NCBI GenBank assembly: GCA_964291625.2 | Contig: OZ220089.1 | Span: 2,656,001-2,720,000, forward strand | Source: Candidatus Latescibacterota bacterium | GTDB taxonomy: Bacteria; Latescibacterota; UBA2968; UBA8231 | DNA length: 64,000 nt | Direction: 5' to 3' | Shown here: positions 38,585-48,709 of the stretch, one piece after another | Position numbering within the stretch: the stretch's first letter is position 1 | Layout: every line of letters begins with the position of its first letter | Translations under genes and position numbers: made by a program | The notes under the pieces: model-generated | Seen by the model: the letters and a program-made list of their open reading frames with translations, nothing else | Database searches by the model: none | What the model was told of the DNA's origin: nothing

Positions 38585-40171
38585 ATGCCGGCTCCCCCCG
38601 ACTACCGGATCATCTACAACTGGGACGGCGCGCCTCACGGGTACTCCCCGGCGCCGCAGTCGATGGAGGACTTCCTCGAGAAGGTCTACGCGCCCCTCGA
38701 GGAGACCCAGGTGGGCGCCCTGTTCTGGAGCGTCGGCGGCCAGGGCTCGCGCTGGCCCAGCGACGTGGTGGAGTTCATCGGCCAGGCGCGGGAGCGCCCC
38801 TATCCGAGCGCCGGAGCATACAACGCCACCGAGAACATCCTGCGCATGTACGACCGCGGCGAGGACCCCCAGGAGGCCATGATCGAGCGCGGCCGCGAGC
38901 TGGGTCTCCACGTCTACGCCTCCGTGCGCATGAACGACAACCACTTCGGCGGCGCCCAGGTCGCCGACCTGGAGGCGCTGCGCAAGGCCCACCGCGTCGA
39001 GGCCCTGCGGCACGAGCACCCGGAGTGGGTGCTGGGCGAGCAAACCTCGGAGTGGTTCGCCCTCTCCTGGAACATGGCCGTCCCCGAGATCCGGGAGCGC
39101 CGCTTCCGCCACGTCGAGGAGGTCTCCCGGCGCTACGACTGGGACGGCGTCGAGCTGGACTGGCAGCGTCACGCCTTCCACTTCCCCGACGGCCACGGGT
39201 ACCGCCTGCGCTACCTGCTCACCGATCTGCAGCGCGCCGTCCGCCGCATGACCGAGGCCCTGGGGCGGGAGCGGGGCCGCCCCGTCTTTCTGGCGGCGCG
39301 GGTTGCCGGGTCGCTGGAGATGTGCCGCCGCATCGGCTACGACGTGCCTACGTGGATCGAGGAGGGACTCGTCGACGTGCTCATCCCGGCGGGAAACGCG
39401 GTCACCGACGCCAGCATCGACGCGACGGAATTCGTGGAGTTGTGCGAGGGAACGGACGTCGCCGTCTATCCCGGCTTCGACAGCAACCTTCCCGATCCCT
39501 TCGTCGGCCCCGAAGAGCCGGACGAGAAGGACCGCCTGCGGACCCGCGCCATCGCCAGCCGCTATCACCGCGCCGGGGCCACGGGGATCTACGTCTTCAA
39601 CTGGCACGCCAACCGCGACTCGAAGCGGCCGCTGCTGACGACGATCGGATCCCCGGAGAGCCTGGCCGCCACCGACAAGATCTACGCCGCCGCCCATCGC
39701 TTCATACAGCGGCAGGGGGACTGGCGCGGCGCCTACCGGATCGACCGGATCTACGGCCAGGTGCCGGTCGACCTCGTGCGGACGCTGACCGGAGAGGGAC
39801 CCACCATCACCCTGGAGATCGCCGAGGACTTCGAGGCCCACCCACCGGCCTCGCTGCAGTTGCGGCTGCGCGTGAAGGAGTGGACGGACAGGGATGCGCT
39901 GCAGGTGTGGTGGGACGGGGACGAGCTCGACGCGCCGCGGATCGACTACTGCCGGCTCGAGAGTCCCTCGCCTCCCGGCGGAGCTTTTCAGCCGCTGCCG
40001 CGCTGGCGGGAGCTGGCCGACGGGAGCACTGCCGTGTGGCTCCGCTGGGACTTCAGCGGGAGGGAAGTGTCGGCGGGGGAGCACACGGTCCGCGTCGCCG
40101 TGGAGGAACGCAATCCGCAGGTCGCGTCGGCCCTGATCCTTACCGATGTCGAGCTGGAGGTGCGATTTTGA
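38585..40171 (+). CDS. GHL10/DUF187-like glycoside hydrolase-like protein
   Basis: IIYNWDG, SVRMND, DGVELDW, EGLVD, GIYVFN. Confidence 0.72.
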   Translation: MPAPPDYRIIYNWDGAPHGYSPAPQSMEDFLEKVYAPLEETQVGALFWSVGGQGSRWPSDVVEFIGQARERPYPSAGAYNATENILRMYDRGEDPQEAMIERGRELGLHVYASVRMNDNHFGGAQVADLEALRKAHRVEALRHEHPEWVLGEQTSEWFALSWNMAVPEIRERRFRHVEEVSRRYDWDGVELDWQRHAFHFPDGHGYRLRYLLTDLQRAVRRMTEALGRERGRPVFLAARVAGSLEMCRRIGYDVPTWIEEGLVDVLIPAGNAVTDASIDATEFVELCEGTDVAVYPGFDSNLPDPFVGPEEPDEKDRLRTRAIASRYHRAGATGIYVFNWHANRDSKRPLLTTIGSPESLAATDKIYAAAHRFIQRQGDWRGAYRIDRIYGQVPVDLVRTLTGEGPTITLEIAEDFEAHPPASLQLRLRVKEWTDRDALQVWWDGDELDAPRIDYCRLESPSPPGGAFQPLPRWRELADGSTAVWLRWDFSGREVSAGEHTVRVAVEERNPQVASALILTDVELEVRF

Positions 40172-41421
40172 AGGTCACGGAGATCGACATCCACCGGGTG
40201 ACCCTGCCCTACGACGAGGCCAGGGCCTACGAGCTCCTCCACTACCACGACCTGACGCAGCGCACCATCTACGTGGCCCGCACCGACAGCGGCCTCACCG
40301 GCCTGGGCGAGTCGGAGGGGGTCGAGAGGCAGGAGGTGCTCGACCGCTACATCGGCTCGAACCCCTTCGACTGGCTGGGCGACGAGACCTCCCTCGGCCT
40401 GGGGACGGCGATGTACGACCTGATGGGCCAGGCCGCCAGCGTTCCCGTGTACAAGCTCTTCGGCCAGAAGTACCGCTCCTGGGTGCCGGTGGCGGCGTGG
40501 ACGGTGAGCACCCACCCCGACCGCATGGCCGCGGCCGTGTCGGCCTACGCGAGGCAGGGGCACACGTGGATGAAGTTCCACCTCTCGCCCTTCGAGAACG
40601 TGATCGATCAGACCGAGGCGATGCAGGAGGTGGCGCCCAGGGGGTTCAAGCTCCACTACGACTTCACCATGCACGGCACCGAGGACCACATGCCGGCTCT
40701 GCTGGAGAGGCTGTCGGAGTATGAGATCGCCGGCTGCTTCGAGGACCCTCTGCCCGGCGAGGACATCGACGGCTACATCGAGCTGCGCCAGCGCTCGCGC
40801 CTGCCCATCGTGCTCCACCACTTCCCCACGGGGGCCACCTACGAGGTCCTGCGCAGACCCGCGGACGCGTACATGCTGGGCCACTCCAAGATCGGGGACG
40901 CGGTGCGCAGGGCCGGCCTCTTCGCCGCCGGCGACAGTCCCTTCATGCTGCAGAACACGGGCAGCGACATCACCCGCGCCATGAACGCCCACATGATGGC
41001 GGCCTTCCCCTCGGCCAACTTCCACTTCGTCAACGCCACCACCGAAGTCTCGAGCGAACGCTTCGTCACCGAACCCCTGAACCCGGTCAACGGCTTCATC
41101 CGCGTGCCCGAGCAGCCGGGCCTCGGAGTCGAGCTGGACATGGACGAGGTGAGGCGCCTCGAGCGGATCGAGCCGATGGCGAAGCCGAGGTTCATCATCG
41201 TGTGCAGGTACGACAACGGGACCACCCTCTACGCCCGCCCGGACCCGGAGAACCCCCACTTCATGGTCCGGCCCGACTGGAGCCGGGAGTTGATGCCCAT
41301 GAGCTTCGCGGCGCCGCTGAAGACCCGGTACTGGGATGACGACGGCTCGGCGGAGTTCAGCGCCATGATGGCGCGTCTCGAGCGGGAGGGGGCGGTGCTG
41401 GAGGGCGGCGGCGGGAGCTGA
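40168..41421 (+). CDS. Enolase-superfamily (mandelate racemase-like) protein, divergent
   Basis: TTG start; GLTGLGE, MYDLMG..VPVYKLFG, KFH, FEDP, VPEQPGLGVELD. Confidence 0.82.
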   Translation: MKVTEIDIHRVTLPYDEARAYELLHYHDLTQRTIYVARTDSGLTGLGESEGVERQEVLDRYIGSNPFDWLGDETSLGLGTAMYDLMGQAASVPVYKLFGQKYRSWVPVAAWTVSTHPDRMAAAVSAYARQGHTWMKFHLSPFENVIDQTEAMQEVAPRGFKLHYDFTMHGTEDHMPALLERLSEYEIAGCFEDPLPGEDIDGYIELRQRSRLPIVLHHFPTGATYEVLRRPADAYMLGHSKIGDAVRRAGLFAAGDSPFMLQNTGSDITRAMNAHMMAAFPSANFHFVNATTEVSSERFVTEPLNPVNGFIRVPEQPGLGVELDMDEVRRLERIEPMAKPRFIIVCRYDNGTTLYARPDPENPHFMVRPDWSRELMPMSFAAPLKTRYWDDDGSAEFSAMMARLEREGAVLEGGGGS

Positions 41422-41652
41422 CGGCGGGGCCGCCAGCCACCGGCGCCGGAGAGGGCCGGCGCGGTCAACGAGGGGGTGAGGTTCCCCGCCTGGGTTGCGT
41501 TCAGGCAGCCAGGCCGCGGCAGCCGGCGCCGGGAGGAGCCGGTGCTGGAGGGCGGCGGCGGGAGCTGACGGCCCGGCAGCCAGCCACCGGCGCCGGGAGA
41601 GGGTTGGCGCGGCCCACAGTGGGGTGAGGATCCCGCCGGGTTGCGTTCAGGC
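41393..41652 (+). repeat. Diverged ~147-bp tandem duplication between convergent genes
   Basis: CGGTGCTGGAGGGCGGCGGCGGGAGCTGACGGC...CAGCCACCGGCGCCGG...GGGTTGCGTTCAGGC occurs at 41393-41506 and 41540-41652. Confidence 0.85.
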
Positions 41653-42513
41653 GGGCAGTATCAGGTCGCGCTCCGGGCGGGGCGGATTCCCCCAGTGGTT
41701 GACCGAGTCCACGCCGCTGATGACGACGCCTTCCTCGGCCCAGCCGAATCCGGGCAGGGCCCGCACCTCCATGGCGCAGTAGCGCAGGGTCAGACCGCAG
41801 CGCCGGCGGTCCGAGCGATTGCTTTCCGAGCCGTGCAGCAGCAGGTCGGAGTGCATCGAGATCTCCCCCGCCTTCAGCTCCACGTCCACGCACTCGCCGT
41901 ACTTCTCCACATCCAGGGCGGCCTGGTTGAAGAGGGTGTTCTCCTCCTCCCCGCTCTGGCGGTAGGGCAGATGCCCGTGCCGATGGGAGCCGGCGACGAA
42001 CCGCATGCACGAGTTCTCCCTGTCGGCATCGTCGATGGCCAGCCAGATGGTGACCGTCTTCGATGGCGTCAGCGGCCAGAAACTGGCGTCCTGGTGCCAG
42101 GAGATGCTCACCGGATCGTGGGGCATCTTGCAGAAGAAATGGGAGGCCAGGCCGACGATCTCGCGGCCCAGTATGTCCTGGGCGCAGGCGACCAGGCGCG
42201 GGTGGCGCATCAGATCGTGCACCCGGCCGCACTTCAGATGGGCCGATGAGATGGAGTAGCTGGTGCCGCCCGCGGCCATGGTATCCGCCAGCAGACGGTC
42301 GAAGTAGTGCCGGTGTTCGGCGATCTCGCCGTCGTCGAAGATCCGCAGGCCCTTGACGTAGCCGTCCCTGTTGAAGGCGGCGATCTGCTCGTGGGTGAGG
42401 GCCGAGGGATTCCGGGTGGTGCTGGGATGAAACCGCAGGTCCCTGTCCATGGCCCGCAGCTGATCGGGGCTCGGCCCCGTCTTGAAGGTCTGCACGGGTC
42501 GACTCACGCTCAC
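41647..42513 (-). CDS. Phytanoyl-CoA dioxygenase family protein
   Basis: FNRDGY, FFCK, WHQD, TIWLAIDD, GSH, LHGS..N.SDRRR. Confidence 0.93.
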   Translation of the reverse strand: MSVSRPVQTFKTGPSPDQLRAMDRDLRFHPSTTRNPSALTHEQIAAFNRDGYVKGLRIFDDGEIAEHRHYFDRLLADTMAAGGTSYSISSAHLKCGRVHDLMRHPRLVACAQDILGREIVGLASHFFCKMPHDPVSISWHQDASFWPLTPSKTVTIWLAIDDADRENSCMRFVAGSHRHGHLPYRQSGEEENTLFNQAALDVEKYGECVDVELKAGEISMHSDLLLHGSESNRSDRRRCGLTLRYCAMEVRALPGFGWAEEGVVISGVDSVNHWGNPPRPERDLILPA

Positions 42514-43514
42514 CTCACCGGCTGACCGAGCCGTTCGGGACGCACCCCCTTGAAGATGCGATCATCGGTGTCGCTGCCGTCGTGCAGGGCCAGCCGCTTG
42601 TACGGGTTCGTGCCCGTCGCCATCAGTTCGAGTCCGAAGAGCTGCCGGCGTTCGGGGGTGTTGAGCCGGCCGGCCGCTTCAAGGGCCACGGCCGCCTCGA
42701 CGGTCACCCCCGGCTGCTTCTGGTAGAAGGGACAGTAGAGGGTGAGCACGCACCAGCGGTCGCGGTCACCCGTGTTGGGCAGGGTGGTGTGCCACAGCCG
42801 GGTGTTGAAGAGGAAGGCGCTGCCCGCCTTCACTTCGGCGGTCACCATTCCCGGCATCTCCCTCTGATCCCGAACCTTGGTCGCCTGGTCGGCGCCCCCG
42901 CCCATGCCCTTGTAGGCGAGGTGGTCCGGCTCGTGGTCCCACCGATGCGATCCCGGGACGCAGGCCGTGCAGCCATCGTCGGCGCCGACGTCCGTCAGAT
43001 AGACGAGAACCTTGGTGTTGAGGGGCGGCCCCATGTAGCGCCATGCCTCATCGTTCCTGTGGTCCCGGTGCCAGTTGACGTAGCCGCCTTCCTCCCGCGC
43101 GTCACGAGGGCTCTGCGGCTCCAGGACCCGGACCTGTATGGTGGCGGCCTGCACGTCTTCCCCGACGGTGGCGCCGAGGAAGGGCAAGAGGCGTGGATGG
43201 GTGATCATCTCCACGCAGGCGTCGTCCTCTTCGAGAAGGTGGAGCGGATAGATGTCGAAGTACTTCCTTCCATGGAAGGTGCCGGAGGCGTAGTACTCGC
43301 CGTTGGCCGAGACCCCCCGGCCCCGGGCCCGGCCCTTTTCCCAGTCGAGGCGGGTGACCGCCTGGGCCCGGTCGAAGGCGGCCTGGGCGCGGAGCAGCTC
43401 ATCCCCCTGCAGCACGTCCTCGATGATGATGAAGCCGTCGCGCTTGTAGGCATCCACCTGACTCTCGAGGAGCGTGCGGGAATCGGGAAGGGCCTGCCGG
43501 GTATCAGTCATCAT
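42510..43514 (-). CDS. Phytanoyl-CoA dioxygenase family protein
   Basis: YKRDGF, WHRD, YLTDV, VPGSH, LWH...N. Confidence 0.9.
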   Translation of the reverse strand: MMTDTRQALPDSRTLLESQVDAYKRDGFIIIEDVLQGDELLRAQAAFDRAQAVTRLDWEKGRARGRGVSANGEYYASGTFHGRKYFDIYPLHLLEEDDACVEMITHPRLLPFLGATVGEDVQAATIQVRVLEPQSPRDAREEGGYVNWHRDHRNDEAWRYMGPPLNTKVLVYLTDVGADDGCTACVPGSHRWDHEPDHLAYKGMGGGADQATKVRDQREMPGMVTAEVKAGSAFLFNTRLWHTTLPNTGDRDRWCVLTLYCPFYQKQPGVTVEAAVALEAAGRLNTPERRQLFGLELMATGTNPYKRLALHDGSDTDDRIFKGVRPERLGQPVR

Positions 43515-45585
43515 CGCCGCTCTCCGAATGGATGTCCTGCAGGCGCAGGACGCTCATGCCGTGGACGATCAGGCGGGGGATCGTGAAACGGAGCATTGAC
43601 CCGCTCTCCTGGTGCTCCAGCGCTAGCGGCTCCCGCATCTCCGGATAGCGCCACTCCACCCGCTCCACCCGAAAGCCGTCGGGCACTTCGCACTCCGCCT
43701 GAATCGGGCCGACGGGCAGCGGCACTTCGATGGCGGCTTCCTCGTCCTGCCGGTAGTTGATCCAGTGGACGACCAGAGCGTCCACGTCGCGCGGCCGCCA
43801 GGCGCGGACCCGCACGAACCAGGGCGCATCCGTGACCAGCCGGGGCCGGCCGAGGAACTCCTCCAGCTCCGCCAGGAACCGCTGGCCGAAGGGATCGTCT
43901 TCGAGCCGGGGGAAGACCGGCATCTCCTGCGGGAGCCCCTTGATCGGCACCGTCTCGGGGGACCAGGGTCCATCGGGAATGTGCATGGCACCATCCGCGA
44001 GGCCGCCGATCGATCCCCCGGTCGGAGTGGCTCTGAAGGTTGGCAGCAGCGGCTCCCCGCGGGGTGACCCGTCCGCGTCGAGACGTCCGCTGTGGCCCGT
44101 GAACACGAGGCGGCCTCCTTCGCCGACGAACGCCTCCAGCCGCTCGCCTTCCGCGGCGCTCAACCTCTCAACCTCCGGCAGGATCAGGGCCTCGTAGTCG
44201 CCGGCGCGCTCCAGCAGCTGGTCGTCGAGGATGATGTCGAAGAGCCAGTGACCGTCCTCCAGGTGCTGGCCGAGCCGCTTGAGGGCGTCGAGGCAGTCCA
44301 TCTCCGCCTGCATCTCCGCCCTCCGCGGATAGACGAGGGCGATCTGCGACCACGGGTCCGCCGGATGCAGCAGCTCCTCGTGTTGGTGCATGAAGCGCTG
44401 GCAGCGGATGACCGGCCCGTAGTAGTCCTCCGGCGCGACGTTGCCGCTCTCCTCCTGATCGAGGCGCGGAGGCCCGGCGTGGAAGGCGAGTGCCGTGCCG
44501 TGGTGGGCGATCGCCTCGGCGGCCCAGATGCGCCAGCGCCGGTAGTCGTACTTGTTGATGACGAAGGGCCGGCCGCCGCCTGCGGCGTACATGAACCGGG
44601 ACGGCAGCCCCATGTCGGCCAGGTAGCCCTGGGAGAGGGAGCAGACCGCCTTGGACGGTCCCTGGCTGTACCACAGGTAGTCCTCCCCCCGGGCCCACGA
44701 CTCCGGCGGCAGCAGGGACCGCTCGTCGTGGGGCCGGAAGTCGTACTTGTGATACCACTGCGCCAGCAGCAGGTCCGGCTTCAGGGACCGTCCGAACTCG
44801 ATGAAGACGTCGTCGAAGGACTCCTTGCGCTTGAGGGCCGATCCCTGGGCGAGCAGGAGCTCCAGGCGGGCGGCCAGCTCCGGCGGGCCATCCGGCGGCG
44901 CCGTGAAGACGTCGGGCACCTCCTCGAGGTCGGTGGATCCGAAGATCGCCTCCACCTCTTCCCGCGTCAGCCGGGCGGCCAGATAGCGGCGTGTATAGTC
45001 GCAGCAGTGCCGGCAGTGGCAGAGGGACTCGTAGTGATGGGTGGCGTTGAAGCCGTCGAGACCGAGCTCGATCCCCTTGCCCACCATCGCCCTGAGGGCC
45101 GCCAGCCACCGGGGATTGCTCATGCAGCCGCGATAGGTGCGGTAGGGCCGGCCCGGTATGGTGCGCCATCTCACAGACCCGTCGGCATCGCGCTGCGTCA
45201 CCTCCTCGGCAGAGGCGCACGGCGGCGGTCCCAGCAGATCGTCGGTCCACATCCGGTCCCAGTTCCCGCCGAACAGACCGATGCCCTCCTCGTGGTTCCC
45301 GAAGTGCATGGTCGTCGACAACTGCCCCGTCACCCGGGCCCCGGCCTCCTGGATCTGCGGAATGACCTCCGCGGCCAGGTCGAGACTGGCCTCAACGCTA
45401 CCCAGCGGCATCCCCGACCACGACGGCGGGACACTCTCGTCGCCGGCCAGGGAGTAGAAGTCGGCCCCGAAGTTCCCCACCTGCACCAGCTCGATCCTGG
45501 CGCGGCGAACGTGATCGAGAACCTGCGACGCCCGAGGCAGGGTCCAGTGCTCGATGATGCGGCTCATTCGCAGAGGTACGCCCAT
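43504..45585 (-). CDS. Hypothetical glycoside-hydrolase-like protein with class I glutamine-amidotransferase-like (beta-galactosidase trimerisation) domain
   Basis: CMSNPRW..., LDG, CHCRHC; YEALILP...FVGEGGRLVFTG; ATG 45585 behind GAGGA. Confidence 0.6.
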   Translation of the reverse strand: MGVPLRMSRIIEHWTLPRASQVLDHVRRARIELVQVGNFGADFYSLAGDESVPPSWSGMPLGSVEASLDLAAEVIPQIQEAGARVTGQLSTTMHFGNHEEGIGLFGGNWDRMWTDDLLGPPPCASAEEVTQRDADGSVRWRTIPGRPYRTYRGCMSNPRWLAALRAMVGKGIELGLDGFNATHHYESLCHCRHCCDYTRRYLAARLTREEVEAIFGSTDLEEVPDVFTAPPDGPPELAARLELLLAQGSALKRKESFDDVFIEFGRSLKPDLLLAQWYHKYDFRPHDERSLLPPESWARGEDYLWYSQGPSKAVCSLSQGYLADMGLPSRFMYAAGGGRPFVINKYDYRRWRIWAAEAIAHHGTALAFHAGPPRLDQEESGNVAPEDYYGPVIRCQRFMHQHEELLHPADPWSQIALVYPRRAEMQAEMDCLDALKRLGQHLEDGHWLFDIILDDQLLERAGDYEALILPEVERLSAAEGERLEAFVGEGGRLVFTGHSGRLDADGSPRGEPLLPTFRATPTGGSIGGLADGAMHIPDGPWSPETVPIKGLPQEMPVFPRLEDDPFGQRFLAELEEFLGRPRLVTDAPWFVRVRAWRPRDVDALVVHWINYRQDEEAAIEVPLPVGPIQAECEVPDGFRVERVEWRYPEMREPLALEHQESGSMLRFTIPRLIVHGMSVLRLQDIHSESGDDD

Positions 45586-45640
45586 TCGATTCCTCAGGGA
45601 GTCGCCCGTGACGGCAGCCCACCAGGCCAACGTTCCACCG

Positions 45641-45935
45641 GATCGAGTGGCGCCGGAGTCACCATCGACTCAGTTCTGCTGCCAGGCGCCACCCGGTTCA
45701 CAAGAGTGCGTGTGCGGGTCTCCAACCACGGAGGGCGGTGCCGGCGGCGCAGGCCGCGCCTGGGCGGCCCATTACGCCGGGCCGGGGTCAACAACCACCA
45801 TCATCCAGGAGGCCCAGAGACCCGAGCGCAGCGAGGGGCTCGCCAGCCACTCGAATCACCCCCAGTCGATAGCTCCCCCAACCAGGCCCGGCGTACGCGC
45901 CGCCAAAGGCGCGGCCGGAGCCGCCGGCACCGTCC
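45641..45935 (+). repeat. Structured intergenic element copy 3 (203-bp core 45733-45935)
   Basis: Same 5' module and core; lies between two minus-strand genes. Confidence 0.92.
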
Positions 45936-45955
45936 GGCCCACAAGCACCCCCCCC

Positions 45956-47410
45956 TCAACAGCGCACCACATCCTCCACATCCTCTACCGCCAGCGTGTC
46001 CTCGTGCACCGGCTGCACCGCCCGCCCCCACGCCGCCAGCACCTCCGCATCCCGCATCAGCTCCGCGCTGCGCCGTGCCACCCGCTCGGGGTCCCACCCG
46101 GCGTAGAGCTGGCCCAGCAGGTCCTGACGCACCGCGGCGCAGGCCGCATCGCCGGCCAGGTCGTTCCACTCGCCCGGATCTTCCTCCAGGTTGAACAAGG
46201 CCGGAGGCGTATCCCCGTGGTACGCATACAGCTTCCACGGTCCCCGCCGGATCATCCGTGAAGGAGGATCGCCGCGGGTCGGCCCCAGCTCGCTGAATGT
46301 GAAATCGGGCCGGGACTCGTCCGGCAGACCCCGCATCTCGCTCCACAACGAGTGGCCGTCGAGGGCGGGCAGGGGCTCGCCGCCGGCCACCTGTATGGCG
46401 GTGGGGGCCCAGTCCAGCAGGTTGCAGATCGCCGTGCTCTCCGTGCCCGCCGGCACCACCCCCGGGAACCGGGCGATGAGGGGGACGCCCACCGAGCCCT
46501 CGTAGTAGTTGCTCTTCCACCAGCAGCCGTGCTCGCCGGCCATCTCGCCGTGGTCGCTGGCGTAGACCACGAGGGTGTTGTCGCTGAGTCCGGTCTCGTC
46601 GAGCTTGTCGAGGAGCTGGCCGACCTTGCGGTCGAAGTACTCGCACAGGCCGAAGTAGGCCGCACGGGCCACCCGGATGCGCTCGGCGGGCAGGGGTACC
46701 TCGATGCCGCGGTGCCTCTTGAAGCTGGTCACCGCCGCCGGCTCCCCGGACGGCTCGGGCTGCGGCACGTCGACGCGGTCGTAGTAGTAGTCGTAGAGAT
46801 CCTTCGGGGCGAAGAACGGGCAGTGGGGCAGCAGGAAGCCGGCCACCGCGGCAAAGGGCCGGTCACCGCCCCGGGCCTTCTCCTCCAGGTAGGCGCAGGC
46901 CGCGTCGGCGACGCGGTCGTCGAAGGACTGGTAGGTGGTGCGGCCGTGGCCGGCGATCTCGACGGACTCGCGGGTCTGGCCCGAGGTGCTGGCGGGGATC
47001 TCCTTGAACATCGGTCCGCCCTGGCCGGCTGCGCCCGGATGGTGGGCGCCGTACTCGCCGATGGGCCGGCGCTCGAAGCCGTGGCGCTGGTCGGGGCCGA
47101 CGAAGTGCATGCGGCCGATCAGCGCGGTCTCGTATCCGGCCGCGCCCACGGCGTGGGCCCAGGTGGGAAGGGCGGAGCTGAGGATGTGCTCGTTGAGCCA
47201 GGCCTCGTTGGCGCTGGGCCGCCGTCCGGTCATGAAGGCCATGCGCGCCGGCACGCACAGGGGCGAGGCGGTGTAGGCGTTGCGGAAGCGCATGCCCTCG
47301 CCGGCCAGGCGGTCGAGGTGCGGGGTGCGCACCACCGCGTCGCCGTAGCAGCCGAGGTGGTATTTGCTGTGCTGGTCGGAAAGGATGAAGAGGATGTTGG
47401 GGCGGTTCAT
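45956..47410 (-). CDS. Sulfatase (choline-sulfatase-like)
   Basis: RPNILFILSDQH, CVPAR (CxPxR), GRMHF, SDHGEM. Confidence 0.93.
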   Translation of the reverse strand: MNRPNILFILSDQHSKYHLGCYGDAVVRTPHLDRLAGEGMRFRNAYTASPLCVPARMAFMTGRRPSANEAWLNEHILSSALPTWAHAVGAAGYETALIGRMHFVGPDQRHGFERRPIGEYGAHHPGAAGQGGPMFKEIPASTSGQTRESVEIAGHGRTTYQSFDDRVADAACAYLEEKARGGDRPFAAVAGFLLPHCPFFAPKDLYDYYYDRVDVPQPEPSGEPAAVTSFKRHRGIEVPLPAERIRVARAAYFGLCEYFDRKVGQLLDKLDETGLSDNTLVVYASDHGEMAGEHGCWWKSNYYEGSVGVPLIARFPGVVPAGTESTAICNLLDWAPTAIQVAGGEPLPALDGHSLWSEMRGLPDESRPDFTFSELGPTRGDPPSRMIRRGPWKLYAYHGDTPPALFNLEEDPGEWNDLAGDAACAAVRQDLLGQLYAGWDPERVARRSAELMRDAEVLAAWGRAVQPVHEDTLAVEDVEDVVRC

Positions 47411-47464
47411 GGCCTTGGACTCGTCGGCGCGTAATTTAGGGCGCCCCATACATCCTACAAGAGA

Positions 47465-48709
47465 GTGATGCGCAGCGTGAGGTCCGCCAGAGGAGGTGTC
47501 CTCGAGCCCCTGGCCAACGGCGATTTCGTGCGCCTGTGGCTGGCCAACGGCCTCTGGTGGCAGGCGATGTGGATGGAGATGCTGGCCCTGGGGTGGGTGG
47601 CCCTGGAGTTGACCGACTCGGCATGGTGGGTCCAGGTCATCGCCTTCTACCGCGCCGCTCCCCTGCTGATCGTCGGTGTCTTCGGCGCCGTGATCACCGA
47701 CCGCTTCCGGCGGCGCCACATCGTCGCAAGCCTGCAGTTGATCAACGTCCTGGGGATGGGACTGCTGGCCCTGCTGCTCTTCCGCGGAGAGCTGGAGATC
47801 TGGCACCTGTCGGCGGTGTCGCTGGTGCTAGGGGCCGCCTGGGCCCTGGACTGGCCGACCCGCCGCAGCATGGTGCCCGATCTCGTCGGCAAGGCCCGCA
47901 CCGTCGACGCCATGGTTCTGGAGAACGTCATCCAGGGGATCACGCGCGTCGGCGGCCCCCTGGCGGCGGGCTATGTGACCGCGGCCTACGGCAGTCTGGG
48001 CGCCCTGCTGGCGCTGGTCGGGCTGGGCGCCCTCGGGCTGCTGCTGCTGCTGGGCCTCAGGACGGACTCCAGGGCCCCCGTCAAGGGCACCTGGACGTCG
48101 GGATGGGCCGGCCGCCAGGGATGGGCCAGTCTGAGAGGCTCGGCCCCGATGTTCGGCGTCTTCCTGGTCACCGTCCTGATGAACATCTGGACCTTCCCCT
48201 ACATGAACCTGCTCCCCGTCTTCGCCCGCGACGTGTACGGCCTGGGCCCGCAGGCGATGGGGTGGCTGGGCGCCGCCAGCGGGGCCGGCACGATCGTCGG
48301 CCTCGCCGCCGTCCAGCTCGGCCGCCGGAACCTCAGCAACGAGTGGGTCTTCGTCGGCGGCTCCCTGCTCTCGTGCCTGGGAGTCGCCGCCTTCGCCTTC
48401 AGCGCCACCTTCGGCCTCGCCCTGGCGATGCTGTTCTGCTCCGGCCTGGGGCAGGCGGGATTCAGCATCATGCAGAGCAGCATCATCCTGGTGAGGTCCT
48501 CCGACGAGATGCGCAGCCGCGCCATGAGCACCCTGGTCGTGGCCATCGGCGTCGGCCCCTTCGGCCGCCTGCAGAGCGGCGCCCTCGCCGAGACCTGGGG
48601 GGCCCAGGGATCCGTCGGCATCATGGCCGCCCTCGGCGGCCTCGGGATTGCGGCGACCACCGTCCTCCTCCGGGGATTCGTGGGCCGGCGAGAGGAAGCC
48701 TCCCCGTGA
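47465..48709 (+). CDS. MFS transporter
   Basis: About 12 hydrophobic segments, TDRFRRR motif A, PTRRSMVPDLV. Confidence 0.92.
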   Translation: MMRSVRSARGGVLEPLANGDFVRLWLANGLWWQAMWMEMLALGWVALELTDSAWWVQVIAFYRAAPLLIVGVFGAVITDRFRRRHIVASLQLINVLGMGLLALLLFRGELEIWHLSAVSLVLGAAWALDWPTRRSMVPDLVGKARTVDAMVLENVIQGITRVGGPLAAGYVTAAYGSLGALLALVGLGALGLLLLLGLRTDSRAPVKGTWTSGWAGRQGWASLRGSAPMFGVFLVTVLMNIWTFPYMNLLPVFARDVYGLGPQAMGWLGAASGAGTIVGLAAVQLGRRNLSNEWVFVGGSLLSCLGVAAFAFSATFGLALAMLFCSGLGQAGFSIMQSSIILVRSSDEMRSRAMSTLVVAIGVGPFGRLQSGALAETWGAQGSVGIMAALGGLGIAATTVLLRGFVGRREEASP

